A model generated the notes under the pieces. The model was not told where the DNA came from. It was given only the letters and a program-made list of their open reading frames with translations, and ran no database searches. From Dehalococcoidia bacterium (GTDB lineage Bacteria > Chloroflexota > Dehalococcoidia > Plut-88900): a stretch of DNA of 64,000 nt. Within the stretch, counting starts at the first letter, position 1. Every line of letters starts with the position of its first letter. The position numbers and the translations under genes were made by a program. Positions 1-9,953 of the stretch are shown one piece after another. The stretch covers positions 3,147,321 through 3,211,320 of the forward strand of contig OZ240219.1 of NCBI GenBank assembly GCA_965197645.1, given 5' to 3'.

Positions 1-2
1 CG

Positions 3-170
3 GGCTCCTACAGCCGCAGCGTCCGGCTGCCCAAGAACCTCACAACCGCCAAGACGGAGGCTACCTTCGAGGACGGCGTCCTGACCGTTACTATTCCCAA
101 GTCGGAAGACGCCAAACCGGAGACGATCAAGGTCAAGGCTGTCAAGAAGAACGGTGGCGAAGAGGCCTAA
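3..170 (+). CDS. Hsp20/alpha-crystallin small heat-shock protein, 3' end (partial)
   Basis: Manual translation GSYSRSVRLPKNLTTAKTEATFEDGVLTVTIPKSEDAKPETIKVK matches the alpha-crystallin C-terminal motif; TAA at 168-170. Confidence 0.9.
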   Translation, partial: GSYSRSVRLPKNLTTAKTEATFEDGVLTVTIPKSEDAKPETIKVKAVKKNGGEEA

Positions 171-320
171 GGTAGACGACTCTATCCGCTGGAGCCGACA
201 CAGGGCAAACCTCAGGAGGGGCTTTCCGAAGTATCGGAAGGCTCCTCTTCCATTTGTCGACGGATAGGGTCGATTCTCGACCGAAATCTGAGATAATACA
301 CGCAAGGCTCGATAAGAAAG

Positions 321-1532
321 GTGGAAGCCATGGACCAATGGCAGGCTCTAGCAGAGGGCGTAAACGAGGACCGACTTCTGAACACGCTGATGGAGATGGT
401 CGCTATACCCTCGCCCTCGGGAGAAGAGGGTAAGATAGGCAGGTTCATCGCCGAGAAATCCCGGGGATGGGGCCTGGACGTCCAGGTCAAGCCCGTGATC
501 GATGACCGGGTAAACGTGCACGTCGTCCTATCTGCTGAAGAACCCGGGCCCACGTTCCTCTTCAACGGCCACCTGGACACGGAGCCACTGGCGCCTGGCT
601 GGACCCTCTCTCCCTTCGAACCCTTCGTGAAAGATGGATACCTATACGGCTCCGACGCCTCCAACATGAAAGCCGCCAACTCCGCCATGCTGGAAGCTCT
701 TCTCGTGCTTCGGGAGAAGGGCGCCGTGAAAAAGGGCAAGGTGATAATCACCTTCGTGGCCGGCGAGTGCGACAAGCTGGGCATAGGGACCCAGCACACC
801 ATCAAAGACGGTGTGAAAGCCGATGCCGCGCTGGTGGGAGAGCCCAAAGACCTGCAGGTGCTTACGGCCCACTCGTCCGTCCTGCAAGCCAAGGTCACCA
901 CCCACGGTGTACCGGTGCACGTGAGGAACAGGGAGTTGGGCGTATGCGCCATCCAGAAGATGATGAAAATCATCGGCGCCCTGAACGATGACATCCTTAC
1001 GTACACGCCCCAGCCCGACGTGCCGGTGCCTCCCAGGCTGAACGTGGGCTGGATAAAGGGGGGAGCGTTGCCCAGCAGTACGGCCCCCTTCTGCGAAGCC
1101 ATCGTGGAGGTCCGGGGTATCCCCGGCATGTCGGTGGAGGGAGTCATCGAAGACGTGGAGCGGGTCATAGAGAAGCTGCGGCAAGACGATCCCGAGATCG
1201 AAGCGTCGGTTACAGAGCACTCTCCGCTGCCCTTTGGACCGCGCGTTCCCCTATCGACATCACGGGATGAACGAGTTGTGCGGGTTACGAGCGAGGCCAG
1301 CCAGATGGTCACTGGCGAAGAGCCGCGGGCTACTGCACCATCTTCGTACTACGGCTGGTCGGATGCTCCAATCCTTCAGCAGGCAGGCATACCAACCGTG
1401 GTCTGCGGTCCGTTGACCGGCGACCAGGTCAACAAGCCTGACCAGAGGATCGAGTTCGAAAAGATAGTCCAAGCAGCGAAAGCCTACGCCATAGTAGCCG
1501 CCGAGATGACCCAAGGAGGAGACCATGATTAA
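321..1532 (+). CDS. M20 family metallopeptidase/deacetylase (ArgE/DapE-like)
   Basis: IPSPSGEE, FNGHLDT, LVGEP and dimerisation-domain motifs; several metal ligands are atypical. Confidence 0.85.
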   Translation: MEAMDQWQALAEGVNEDRLLNTLMEMVAIPSPSGEEGKIGRFIAEKSRGWGLDVQVKPVIDDRVNVHVVLSAEEPGPTFLFNGHLDTEPLAPGWTLSPFEPFVKDGYLYGSDASNMKAANSAMLEALLVLREKGAVKKGKVIITFVAGECDKLGIGTQHTIKDGVKADAALVGEPKDLQVLTAHSSVLQAKVTTHGVPVHVRNRELGVCAIQKMMKIIGALNDDILTYTPQPDVPVPPRLNVGWIKGGALPSSTAPFCEAIVEVRGIPGMSVEGVIEDVERVIEKLRQDDPEIEASVTEHSPLPFGPRVPLSTSRDERVVRVTSEASQMVTGEEPRATAPSSYYGWSDAPILQQAGIPTVVCGPLTGDQVNKPDQRIEFEKIVQAAKAYAIVAAEMTQGGDHD

Positions 1533-1956
1533 CGACCTGAGCTTTGTGTGTGTTGCAGTCAAAGATATACAGGAGGCCACCGGTCGATACCGGGACCTGT
1601 TCGGCCTCGAGGTGATGGTGCCGCCCACCGACAATGCCGAGCTGGGATTTCGCAGCACCTACCTGGGCAATGGTGTCAAAGTGATAATCGAGCTCATCGA
1701 ACCCCTCGGCGAAAACAGCGCCGTCGGCAGGTTCCTGGAGGCCCGAGGTGAGGGCGTTTATCTGATAACCTTCGAGGTAGATAGCCTCCAAGGGGCGGTG
1801 AACGGTGTTCGGGCGGAAGGTGGCCGTGTGACCGGCATCCCGGAGGCCCAGGAGGCCGGTGCCGACGACATGGTCTGGGTGCATCCCAAGAGCACCCACG
1901 GGGTGTTCGTCGAGCTCCTGCAGAAGGGCCACGGGCCGATGGACGGTAACCCCTGA
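1525..1956 (+). CDS. VOC/glyoxalase family protein (methylmalonyl-CoA epimerase-like)
   Basis: IELIEP, RFLEARGEGVY, HPKSTHGVFVEL motifs; GGAG RBS; overlaps upstream stop. Confidence 0.85.
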   Translation: MINDLSFVCVAVKDIQEATGRYRDLFGLEVMVPPTDNAELGFRSTYLGNGVKVIIELIEPLGENSAVGRFLEARGEGVYLITFEVDSLQGAVNGVRAEGGRVTGIPEAQEAGADDMVWVHPKSTHGVFVELLQKGHGPMDGNP

Positions 1957-1966
1957 GCCCCCTATT

Positions 1967-2109
1967 GAGCTTGTTTCAAAAGTACGGTCGTCTTAGTCCC
2001 AACCGCCCGCCCTCGGAAGGTTTTGTAGCTGGGGGAACATCCCCCAGACCCCCTGCCAGAGGGAAGTTTCCCTCTGGACTCCCTCAAAGCAGGGTTCTGA
2101 GACAGGCCC
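1967..2109. repeat. REP/MITE-like intergenic repeat, family A copy with imperfect terminal inverted repeats
   Basis: Core TCCCAACCGCCC...GGGGGAACATCCCCCAGACCCCCTGCCAGAGGGAAG..CCCTCTGGACTCCC recurs at 4071-4154 and degenerately at 4262-4345; flanks GAGCTTGTTTCAAAA / TTCTGAGACAGGCCC are imperfect IRs. Confidence 0.7.
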
Positions 2110-2115
2110 TATTGC

Positions 2116-2144
2116 TTGACAATATATTGGCCCTCTGCTAGCAT
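2116..2144 (+). promoter_or_regulatory. Sigma70-type promoter for the thrC-like operon
   Basis: TTGACA-17 bp-TAGCAT with extended -10 TG. Confidence 0.7.
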
Positions 2145-2213
2145 CTAGGCCGTTTTTGACCCGACAGGAGGTGGGTCTCCTCCCCGGATGTCACACTCCT
2201 AGAACGCTCCGAA

Positions 2214-3440
2214 ATGTCATACGCAACCGCGCTGAAATGTAAAGAGTGCACCAGGGAATACGCCCTGGAGCCGACTAACGTATGTGAGTTCTGCTTCGGG
2301 CCCCTTGAAGTGGTCTACGACTACCCGGCCATTGCGCGCAAGGTGAACAGGGAGAGCATCGAGGCCGGCCCCCACACCATGTGGCGCTACCGGGACTTCC
2401 TTCCCGTGAACGGGGGCAAGGTAGTGGACCTGGGCACGGGTTTCACGCCCCTGCTCAAGGCCGACAACCTGGGGCGAGAGCTGGGCCTGGACAACCTTTA
2501 CCTCAAGAACGACTGTGGTAACCCCTCCCACTCCTTCAAGGACCGGGTGGTGGGAGTCGCCAGCACGAAGGCCCGAGAGTTCGGGTTCGATACCATCGCC
2601 TGCGCCTCCACGGGCAACCTCGCCGGCTCCGTAGCCGCCCACGCGGCGAAAGCAGGCCTCAAGGCCTACGTCTTCATTCCCGCCGACCTGGAGCTGGGCA
2701 AAGTGGTCTCCGCGGCCATATACGGACCCACCTTGGTGGCGGTCAAGGGCAGCTACGACGAGGTCAACCGGCTTTGCAGCGAGCTGGCCGACAAGTACCG
2801 GTGGGCCTTCGCCAATATCAACGTGCGGCCCTACTACTCGGAGGGTAGCAAGACCCTGGGATTCGAGGTGGCGGAGCAGCTTGGGTGGCGTACCCCCGAC
2901 TGGGCCGTAGTACCCGCAGCATCTGGATCTCTGCACACCAAGATATGGAAGGGCTACGAAGAGCTGGCCGAGGTGGGTATCATCGATCCTCCCAAGACCC
3001 GCATGGCACTGGCCCAGGCCCGGGGCTGCTCGCCCATCGTTACTGCCTTCGAAGAGAACCGGATGGAAGTCAAGCCGGTGAAGCCGGACACCCTGGCCAA
3101 GTCTCTGGCCATCGGCAACCCGGCGGACGGATACTACGCGCTGAAGACCATCGAGGAGACCGATGGCTACGCGGCCGCGGCCACGGACCCCGAGATCGTA
3201 GAAGGGATGGCCATGCTGGCCCGCACCGAGGGCATCTTCGCCGAAACGGCGTCGGGAGTGGTCATATCATCCCTGAAGCAGATGGCGAAAAAGGGCGTCA
3301 TCAAGCGGAACGACCTTACGGTAGCCTACATCACCGGCTCAGGGCTCAAGACCCAAGAGCCGGTGCAGAGCCTGGTCAAGCAGGTGACCGTAGAGCCTAC
3401 GCTGGCTTCCTTCGAAGAGCAGATGAACGGCAACCTGTAG
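2214..3440 (+). CDS. thrC: Threonine synthase-family PLP enzyme with N-terminal Zn ribbon
   Basis: CxxC..CxxC N-terminus, NPSHSFKDR (PLP Lys), CASTGNLA, ITGSGLK. Confidence 0.85.
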   Translation: MSYATALKCKECTREYALEPTNVCEFCFGPLEVVYDYPAIARKVNRESIEAGPHTMWRYRDFLPVNGGKVVDLGTGFTPLLKADNLGRELGLDNLYLKNDCGNPSHSFKDRVVGVASTKAREFGFDTIACASTGNLAGSVAAHAAKAGLKAYVFIPADLELGKVVSAAIYGPTLVAVKGSYDEVNRLCSELADKYRWAFANINVRPYYSEGSKTLGFEVAEQLGWRTPDWAVVPAASGSLHTKIWKGYEELAEVGIIDPPKTRMALAQARGCSPIVTAFEENRMEVKPVKPDTLAKSLAIGNPADGYYALKTIEETDGYAAAATDPEIVEGMAMLARTEGIFAETASGVVISSLKQMAKKGVIKRNDLTVAYITGSGLKTQEPVQSLVKQVTVEPTLASFEEQMNGNL

Positions 3441-3467
3441 CAACGATTTCGATGGGAGCAGCATCAA

Positions 3468-3710
3468 ATGGCTAAGATGCGGTCCAAGTTCACCTTCCCG
3501 CCCAATCTCGTTACCCAACCTATCATCTACGGCCTGGGGAAAAACTTCGACGTGATCACCAATATCCGCCGGGCGGACGTAACCGAAAACCAGGGCTGGG
3601 TGATACTGGAGCTCGAGGGCGAGGAAGCCGAGATCCAGCGAGGCCTGGACTGGGTCAGCGAAAGCGGGGTACGCGTCGATCCCGTAGTCGGCGATATCGT
3701 CGAAGGATGA
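3468..3710 (+). CDS. NIL domain protein
   Basis: QPIIY...VITNIRRADV...GWVILELEG pattern; typical neighbour of thrC/moaD. Confidence 0.85.
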   Translation: MAKMRSKFTFPPNLVTQPIIYGLGKNFDVITNIRRADVTENQGWVILELEGEEAEIQRGLDWVSESGVRVDPVVGDIVEG

Positions 3711-3760
3711 CAGATACTTTATACTGATATTGGCGGTAAGGAATCCAGGAGGTTTACTAG

Positions 3761-4036
3761 ATGAGCGTTACCCTCAAGATCCCGACTCCTCTGCGCAAGA
3801 TGACCAACGGTGTGAGCGACGTTCAGGTCGCTGGGGCAAATCTGTCCGAGTGTATAGGTGACCTCGAGGGTCAGTTCCCCGGGATCAAAGAGAGGCTTAT
3901 CAACGACGCCGGCGAACTCCACCGGTTCGTCAACATCTACGTCAACGGCGAGGATATCCGCTTCCTGGAGGGGCTCAAGACCTCGATCAAGGAGAACGAC
4001 GAGGTCAGCATCGTTCCCGCCGTAGCCGGCGGCTAG
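3761..4036 (+). CDS. MoaD/ThiS/CysO-family ubiquitin-like sulfur carrier
   Basis: IPTPLR...FVNIYVNGEDIR...PAVAGG with C-terminal GG. Confidence 0.92.
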   Translation: MSVTLKIPTPLRKMTNGVSDVQVAGANLSECIGDLEGQFPGIKERLINDAGELHRFVNIYVNGEDIRFLEGLKTSIKENDEVSIVPAVAGG

Positions 4037-4070
4037 CTACGAACCCACCCCAACCCGTGTTACTTTTCCC

Positions 4071-4404
4071 TCCCAACCGCCCTGGGACGTTTACCTTGTA
4101 TATTGGGGGCACATCCCCCTAACCCCCTGCCAGAGGGAAGCCCTCTGGACTCCCCGGGTACGCCCCTTCGTCATTGCGAGCCCCGACTCTGTCGGGGCGT
4201 GGCAATCTAGCTGGGTTTGGTCGTTGATCCGGTAGAGACCATCCCCACCCCAGGTGGTTCTTCCCACCCGCCCTCCCTGAGACGTTTCGTGTATAGGGGC
4301 ACATCCCGCAGCCCCTGCTAGAGTCAGGGCGCGGCCCTGCACCCATAACATGAGATAAGAAGAGGGCGAAGTCCCTTTGCCGGGAGTCTGAGGGTGTCCC
4401 TCAG
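4071..4404. repeat. Composite REP-like repeat cluster between convergent genes (family A x2-3, family B x1)
   Basis: Family A at 4071-4154 and 4262-4345, possible inverted remnant at 4361-4404; family B GTCATTGCGAGCCCCGACTCTGTCGGGGCGTGGCAATCTAGC at ~4170-4220. Confidence 0.75.
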
Positions 4405-4415
4405 GAATTATCTAC

Positions 4416-6146
4416 TTACAGTCCCCGGGCTTCCGCTCTGCGGAGGACGTCTGCGCCGCCGTGCAGCCTGCCCGTCTCCGGGTTGACTGATACGCCTACC
4501 GGCCGGGAGAAGGCGTGCTGCAGGTAGTTGTTCTCCCCCTCTACCATCCGGTGTCCCAAGGAGCTCAACGCCTCGATAGTCGGTCCGTCCAGGCGGTCGT
4601 CGAACAGGGTGTCCATGGCGCTGCAATCTACCCTGGGCGCGGCGATGGCGGCCTGGACTCCCATGCCATGGTCCACCACGTTCATCACTATCTGGGCCAG
4701 CGCGCTTATGATCTTTCGCCCGCCCGGCGCACCTATGCTCAGGAACGGCTTGCCGTCTCGCAGCACTATGAGCGGCCCCATGTTCACCAGCGGCCGTTTG
4801 AACCCGTCTATCGAGTTGGCTCTACCGGGCGCAGGGTTGAACCACACCATGCCGCTGGCGAACTGGATGCCGGTGCCCGGACACACCACCGCCGAGCTGC
4901 TGGCCACGGTGTGAGTGCAGGAGACCATATTCCGGTCCCTGTCCACCACGCCCAGGTGGGTCGTGCTGGTCGATGGCGTCAGGCCCGAAGGTTCGAAGGC
5001 ACTTTTCGGCCTGGGAGAATCATCGAACTGCCAGGGATCGTGGATGGGGTCTTGCGCATAGGCGAGCCAGGGTTGAAGGTCACCAGAGTCTTCCAGCGAA
5101 GCGCTCCGTCTATCGATACCTGCCGCTATCGACGCTCCATACGCCGGGGCGAGCAGCCCCTTCATCGGCACCGGCACATAGTCCGGGTCGCCAAGGTGGG
5201 AATACCGGTCGGCGAAGGCGTGTCTAGCCGCCTCGATGAACAGATGCAGGTACTGTACGTCGTTGTGCTCCAGGGAACCCATGTCGAAGCTGTTCAGGAT
5301 GGAAAGGGTCTCCAGCTCGGTGATGCCGCCGTTGGGAGCCGTGGCCGAGAGCACCTCGTAACCCCGGTAGTCGAGCTTCAGCGGTTCAACGATGCGAGCC
5401 TCGTAGCGCTGCATGTCCTCCTTGCTGAGCAGCCCATCGTTGGCGCGCATGTCCTCGTCTATAGCCGAGGCTATCTCTCCCTTGTAGAAGGCGTCCCTGC
5501 CTTCCCTGGCGACTCGCCGCAGGATCTGGGCCAGGTCCCTTTGCACAAGTCTGTCGCCGATCTTGGGAGGGAACCCTTTGTTCAGCATGATCGAGGAGAA
5601 CTCCCGGAACCTGACTATCCGGTCGATCTCCGAGGCGATCTGGTAAAAGGTATGCCAGTCGATCTCGAAGCCCTCTTCAGCGTGGTGGATGGCCGGTTCC
5701 AAGACCTGCTCCAGCGGTAGGGAACCGTATCTTTCGTGGGCCAAGCAGAACCCGGCCACCGAGCCGGGCACCGACGCCGACCTGTACCCGAAGATGTTCT
5801 CCGCCCCACGCACGTTCTGGATGCCTATCTCCTCGATGGCGGAGTCCTCCAGCTGGTACACGTCGGCGGTGGCGACCATGGGAGCTCGGGGCGGAAACTC
5901 TACCACTACGCTCTTTCCCTCTGCGGCCATGTGGACCAACATGAAGCCGCAGCCGCCGATGCAGGTCATCATCGGTTCCACCACCATGCTGACGAAGGCC
6001 GTAGCGACGGCTGCGTCCACTGCATTGCCACCCTGTTTCAGCATTTCCAGCCCGGCCTCGGTTGCCAGCGGGTGGTTGGCCGCGACCATGCCATGGTCGG
6101 ATACTGCTTCGTCCTTGGTGACGTGGAGTCTGCTGCGAAGGGTCAT
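4416..6146 (-). CDS. ggt: Gamma-glutamyltransferase
   Basis: GGNAVDAAVA, SVPGSVAG, STTHLGVVD (nucleophilic Thr), GAPGGRKI. Confidence 0.92.
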   Translation of the reverse strand: MTLRSRLHVTKDEAVSDHGMVAANHPLATEAGLEMLKQGGNAVDAAVATAFVSMVVEPMMTCIGGCGFMLVHMAAEGKSVVVEFPPRAPMVATADVYQLEDSAIEEIGIQNVRGAENIFGYRSASVPGSVAGFCLAHERYGSLPLEQVLEPAIHHAEEGFEIDWHTFYQIASEIDRIVRFREFSSIMLNKGFPPKIGDRLVQRDLAQILRRVAREGRDAFYKGEIASAIDEDMRANDGLLSKEDMQRYEARIVEPLKLDYRGYEVLSATAPNGGITELETLSILNSFDMGSLEHNDVQYLHLFIEAARHAFADRYSHLGDPDYVPVPMKGLLAPAYGASIAAGIDRRSASLEDSGDLQPWLAYAQDPIHDPWQFDDSPRPKSAFEPSGLTPSTSTTHLGVVDRDRNMVSCTHTVASSSAVVCPGTGIQFASGMVWFNPAPGRANSIDGFKRPLVNMGPLIVLRDGKPFLSIGAPGGRKIISALAQIVMNVVDHGMGVQAAIAAPRVDCSAMDTLFDDRLDGPTIEALSSLGHRMVEGENNYLQHAFSRPVGVSVNPETGRLHGGADVLRRAEARGL

Positions 6147-6174
6147 CTGCTCCTCCTGTGCCGGTGAATCGATT

Positions 6175-6390
6175 CTAATCTACCGTCTCGGGCTCCACTT
6201 TGGGCCTTTCGTCCGGGGGGAATATGCCGACAGCATCGGGTTCGAGGCCGTACCGGGCCTTGAAACCTTCCAGCACCGCAGACTTGATGGTCGAGTGCAA
6301 CAGGGCCGGTGGCAAGGTCCATTGGTCCTTGAACTTTCCCCAGCTTTCGTCACTGAAATCTATACTGGCCTTGAAGGACACTCTTATCAT
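6175..6390 (-). CDS. Small hypothetical protein
   Basis: Co-oriented in the aro-ggt run, protein-like composition, no recognised motif. Confidence 0.5.
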   Translation of the reverse strand: MIRVSFKASIDFSDESWGKFKDQWTLPPALLHSTIKSAVLEGFKARYGLEPDAVGIFPPDERPKVEPETVD

Positions 6391-6415
6391 CGGGCGGCCC
6401 CCTATCGGCGGACTC

Positions 6416-6961
6416 TTACGTGCTTAGCTCCATCTTGCCGTTGGCGAAGTGGCGGGTCTTGAGATAGGAAAACCTGGCCATGGGCACCGAAATGTCGTCT
6501 GGGCAGTGCAGGGCCAGCTCCTCGAAGAAACGGCTGAAGAACACGAAGGCTTCGTGGGCCCCCAGATCGGACTCGGAATACAGAAGGATAGGCTTGGAGC
6601 CCACGACTGTTTTCAGCTCCTCTTCGATCCGTGGAGCGGGACTGCCGCAGGTCCACAGGGCCAACAGCTGGACTGACCGATTATCCAGGACGGTATCCAG
6701 GTAGGCATGCAGCAAAGCGGAGTCTTCAACGTCCGGCCCCGGGCCTTGGCCACCGATGAGCAGGCAGTTGAAGGTATGGGACTCGAGTAGTGGGGCTAGG
6801 GTCTCGGGTGAGGTGGGCTTCAACACACCGTCCCCCTCGACTCGGACCTTTCGCAGCTTCATCGAGCGGAATATCCGCGCCGACGTCTTGTGCTCCCATC
6901 CCCCCAGGTTCTGGGTCGCGTCCACCACCAGCACCCGGGGAGCTCCACTACTAGATGTCAT
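6416..6961 (-). CDS. Hypothetical protein (alpha/beta-like)
   Basis: Directly follows aroKB on the same strand; no recognised family. Confidence 0.6.
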   Translation of the reverse strand: MTSSSGAPRVLVVDATQNLGGWEHKTSARIFRSMKLRKVRVEGDGVLKPTSPETLAPLLESHTFNCLLIGGQGPGPDVEDSALLHAYLDTVLDNRSVQLLALWTCGSPAPRIEEELKTVVGSKPILLYSESDLGAHEAFVFFSRFFEELALHCPDDISVPMARFSYLKTRHFANGKMELST

Positions 6962-6976
6962 TGGACAGCTCGCCTA

Positions 6977-8692
6977 CTACGCCGCCCGCCTCAGCTTGGC
7001 GAGGACGTCTCGGACCAGCTCCAACGGCACGTCATCCCGTATGACAGTCTCTCCTATTCCCTGGACAAGCACCCACCTTAGCGTTTTTCCTCTCACCTTC
7101 TTGTCCAGGGTCATCCCTTGGAGTAGCCGGTCTACGCTTACGTCGGGCAGTGAGGTGGGAAGCCGGTACTTCTTCAGCAGGTTTTCCAGCCGCTCAACCT
7201 GCTGGTGGGGCAGGCCCGCAACCCTGTGACTGATGATAGCCGCCCCCATCATGCCGACGGCGACGGCTTCTCCGTGAAGGTACTGACCGTACCCGGTGGC
7301 CGCTTCCAGGCTGTGACCGATGGTATGGCCAAAGTTAAGGATCATCCTCAGGTCGGACTCTCGCTCGTCCTTGCTGACTACCTTTCCTTTGAGGGCCGCG
7401 CTCCGCATGACCACCTCGGTGGTCCTTTCCCGCTCCAGCCCGCTGATCCGCTGGTGGTCCTGCTCCAACAGGTGCAACAGCTCCGGGTCCATAATCACGC
7501 CGTGCTTGATGGTCTCAGCCCAACCGGAGGTCAGCTCTCGGGCCGGGAGGCTGGAGAGAAGCCCCACGTCGGCGAGCATCATCTTGGGCTGATAGAAAGC
7601 GCCGATCAGGTTCTTGCCCTGGGGGTGATTGATGGCAACCTTGCCGCCGATGGCCGAGTCGGTCATGGCGACCAGTGTTGTAGGCACCTGGACAAGATTG
7701 ATCCCTCGGAGATAGGTGGCGGCGGCGTACCCAGCGAGATCGCCCACTACGCCGCCTCCCATGGCGACGATGGTGCTGCCCCTCTCAATCCGGTGCTCGA
7801 CCAGCCAGTCATAGATCTTCCACAGCTCGTCATGGGACTTGCTGCCCTCGCCTGAGGGAACGGAAAGGGAGAGCGCCTGGAAGCCGGCTTCTCTCAGCGA
7901 CTCTTGCACTCCATCGTTGTGCAGCGCCATTACCTTCTCGTCACCGATGATTGCCGCCGTGCCTTTCATGCCCAACTCTCGCATGCGGCGTCCCAACTGG
8001 TCCAGAATCCCCCAACCGACGAACACCGGGTACTTGGCGGACGCGGTATCGACCGCGAAGGCCGCTCCCATCTCATCGCCGTACGGGGCATCGGACTGAC
8101 AACCCTTCAGCGATGGAGGGGGGAACACGGGCCACTTTTCGGAGGGCCGTTCAAACCTCCGATTGGCGTACCCAACCCCCTTGACAACCTCATCGATAAT
8201 CTCCTCAGTGGTGAGGTCGTCCGTGTGGACTGTCCAGTCGGCCATGCCATAGAAGGGATGGCGATACTCTTTCAGGGCCTCGATGCGTTTGAGAGGGTCC
8301 TCGCCCGCCAGTAGCGGTCGCTCTCTGGCTGAGCCGCCGTTGGTGATGTGCCGGCGGAGCCGACCGAACACGGTGGCGGGCTTGGCTTCCAGGCAGATCA
8401 CAGCGCCGCTGCCCATCATCAGGTTTCGATTATGGGGGTCCAGTACCACTCCTCCACCCGTGGAAACCACCAGATTGCCCCTCTGGCAAACATCCTCCAG
8501 AACGGCCCGTTCCCAGGCGCGAAACCGTCCTTCGCCTTCGTTGGCGAAGATCTCGGGAATGGGGCGGCCCGCCCGGGAAACGATCTCGTCGTCCGTGTCA
8601 ACGAACTGGCGTTTCATGAGACGGGCCAGCCGTCGTCCCACAACCGACTTGCCGGTGCCCGAAAACCCTATGAGGAAAACGTTATGCGACAT
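6977..8692 (-). CDS. aroB: Bifunctional shikimate kinase / 3-dehydroquinate synthase (AroK-AroB fusion)
   Basis: N-terminal IGFSGTGKS, DTD, STGGG, RPLL; C-terminal GGGVVGDLAG, PTTL..DSAIGGK, LNFGHTIGH; start at MSHNVF. Confidence 0.95.
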   Translation of the reverse strand: MSHNVFLIGFSGTGKSVVGRRLARLMKRQFVDTDDEIVSRAGRPIPEIFANEGEGRFRAWERAVLEDVCQRGNLVVSTGGGVVLDPHNRNLMMGSGAVICLEAKPATVFGRLRRHITNGGSARERPLLAGEDPLKRIEALKEYRHPFYGMADWTVHTDDLTTEEIIDEVVKGVGYANRRFERPSEKWPVFPPPSLKGCQSDAPYGDEMGAAFAVDTASAKYPVFVGWGILDQLGRRMRELGMKGTAAIIGDEKVMALHNDGVQESLREAGFQALSLSVPSGEGSKSHDELWKIYDWLVEHRIERGSTIVAMGGGVVGDLAGYAAATYLRGINLVQVPTTLVAMTDSAIGGKVAINHPQGKNLIGAFYQPKMMLADVGLLSSLPARELTSGWAETIKHGVIMDPELLHLLEQDHQRISGLERERTTEVVMRSAALKGKVVSKDERESDLRMILNFGHTIGHSLEAATGYGQYLHGEAVAVGMMGAAIISHRVAGLPHQQVERLENLLKKYRLPTSLPDVSVDRLLQGMTLDKKVRGKTLRWVLVQGIGETVIRDDVPLELVRDVLAKLRRAA

Positions 8693-8786
8693 CCCTTTCA
8701 GTCTACCCGTCCTCCACCGACTCAAGCCACCCTAGTCCACTGTTCGCACGCGAACCCGGCTCTCGACAGGGGCCCAGATACGTCAG

Positions 8787-9953
8787 CTAGGGGCGCTGAA
8801 AGACCGTTTTCAAAAAGCCCTGGTAGTTGCGCCGTGTCTCCTCCAGGTGATCGCCCCCGAACTTCTCCAGGAAGGCATCGGCCAGAACGATGGCCAGCAT
8901 AGCCTCGCCGATGATGCCGGCTGGCGGAACCTGGCACACGTCGCTGCGCTCGTAATGGGCCTGTATCTTCTCACCGGTGTCCAGATCGACGGACGGTAGG
9001 GGATTGGCCAGAGTCGAGATCGGTTTTACCGCCACGCTAACCACCACATCCTCGCCGTTGGTCATGCCGCCCTCCATCCCTCCAGCGTGGTTGCTTGCCC
9101 GCTTCCACGCCCTCTCCTTGGAGCCGTCGAAAGGCTCGATAACGTCGTGGACCTGGGAGCCCGATAGGGTGGTGGAATGAAATCCGGCGCCAATCTCGAC
9201 ACCCTTCATGGCGTTGATGCTCATCATCGCCTGGGCTATCCGTCCGTCCAACTTTCGGTCCCAGTGGACGTGGCTGCCCAGACCCACTGGAACGCCGGTG
9301 GCGACTACTTGAAATACACCCCCTGCCGTGTCTCCCGCCTCCTTCGCCGCGTCGATGGCCGCCATCATCTTTTGCTCCGCCTCAGGGTCGGCGCACCTCA
9401 CCGGCGATTCCTCCACCTTCTCCCAGTCGATGGGGCCGCATTGCCTGGCAACGTGCTCGCCGATGGATACCGTAGAGCTGTGTATGTTGATCCCGAACTC
9501 CTCGAGGAGCCGGCGGCACACTGAGCCTGCCGCGACCCGCGCCGCGGTCTCACGGGCGCTGGCACGCTCCAGGATGTTTCGCACGTCTCTCTGGCCGTAC
9601 TTGAGCACGCCCGGCATGTCCGCATGCCCGGGGCGGAGGCGGGTTACACGTTTGGCCTCCTGCTCTACGGCCTCTATGCTCATCACCTCGGTCCAGTTTT
9701 CCCAGTCCCTGTTCTGAATCCAGAGGCTGATGGGGCTGCCGAGGGTTGTGCCGTGACGAACGCCCCCGAATATCTGGGCCCGGTCCCTTTCGATCTTCAT
9801 CCTGCCGCCCCGCCCGTAGCCCTTCTGACGGCGCGAGAGATCCCGGGCGATGTAGTCTTCGGCCAGGCGTAAGCCCGCAGGCACGCCCTCCACTATCACG
9901 GTCAAGCCTGGGCCGTGGGATTCGCCCGCGGTGAGGTACCTCAGGTTTCCCAT
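8787..9953 (-). CDS. aroC: Chorismate synthase
   Basis: TAGESHG, RPGHAD, ERASARETA, ERSDVC; ATG coupled to aroE stop. Confidence 0.97.
   Translation of the reverse strand: MGNLRYLTAGESHGPGLTVIVEGVPAGLRLAEDYIARDLSRRQKGYGRGGRMKIERDRAQIFGGVRHGTTLGSPISLWIQNRDWENWTEVMSIEAVEQEAKRVTRLRPGHADMPGVLKYGQRDVRNILERASARETAARVAAGSVCRRLLEEFGINIHSSTVSIGEHVARQCGPIDWEKVEESPVRCADPEAEQKMMAAIDAAKEAGDTAGGVFQVVATGVPVGLGSHVHWDRKLDGRIAQAMMSINAMKGVEIGAGFHSTTLSGSQVHDVIEPFDGSKERAWKRASNHAGGMEGGMTNGEDVVVSVAVKPISTLANPLPSVDLDTGEKIQAHYERSDVCQVPPAGIIGEAMLAIVLADAFLEKFGGDHLEETRRNYQGFLKTVFQRP

Noticed and set aside
6977-8692. AroK-AroB fusion as a novelty
   Set aside because: A known fusion in several bacterial lineages
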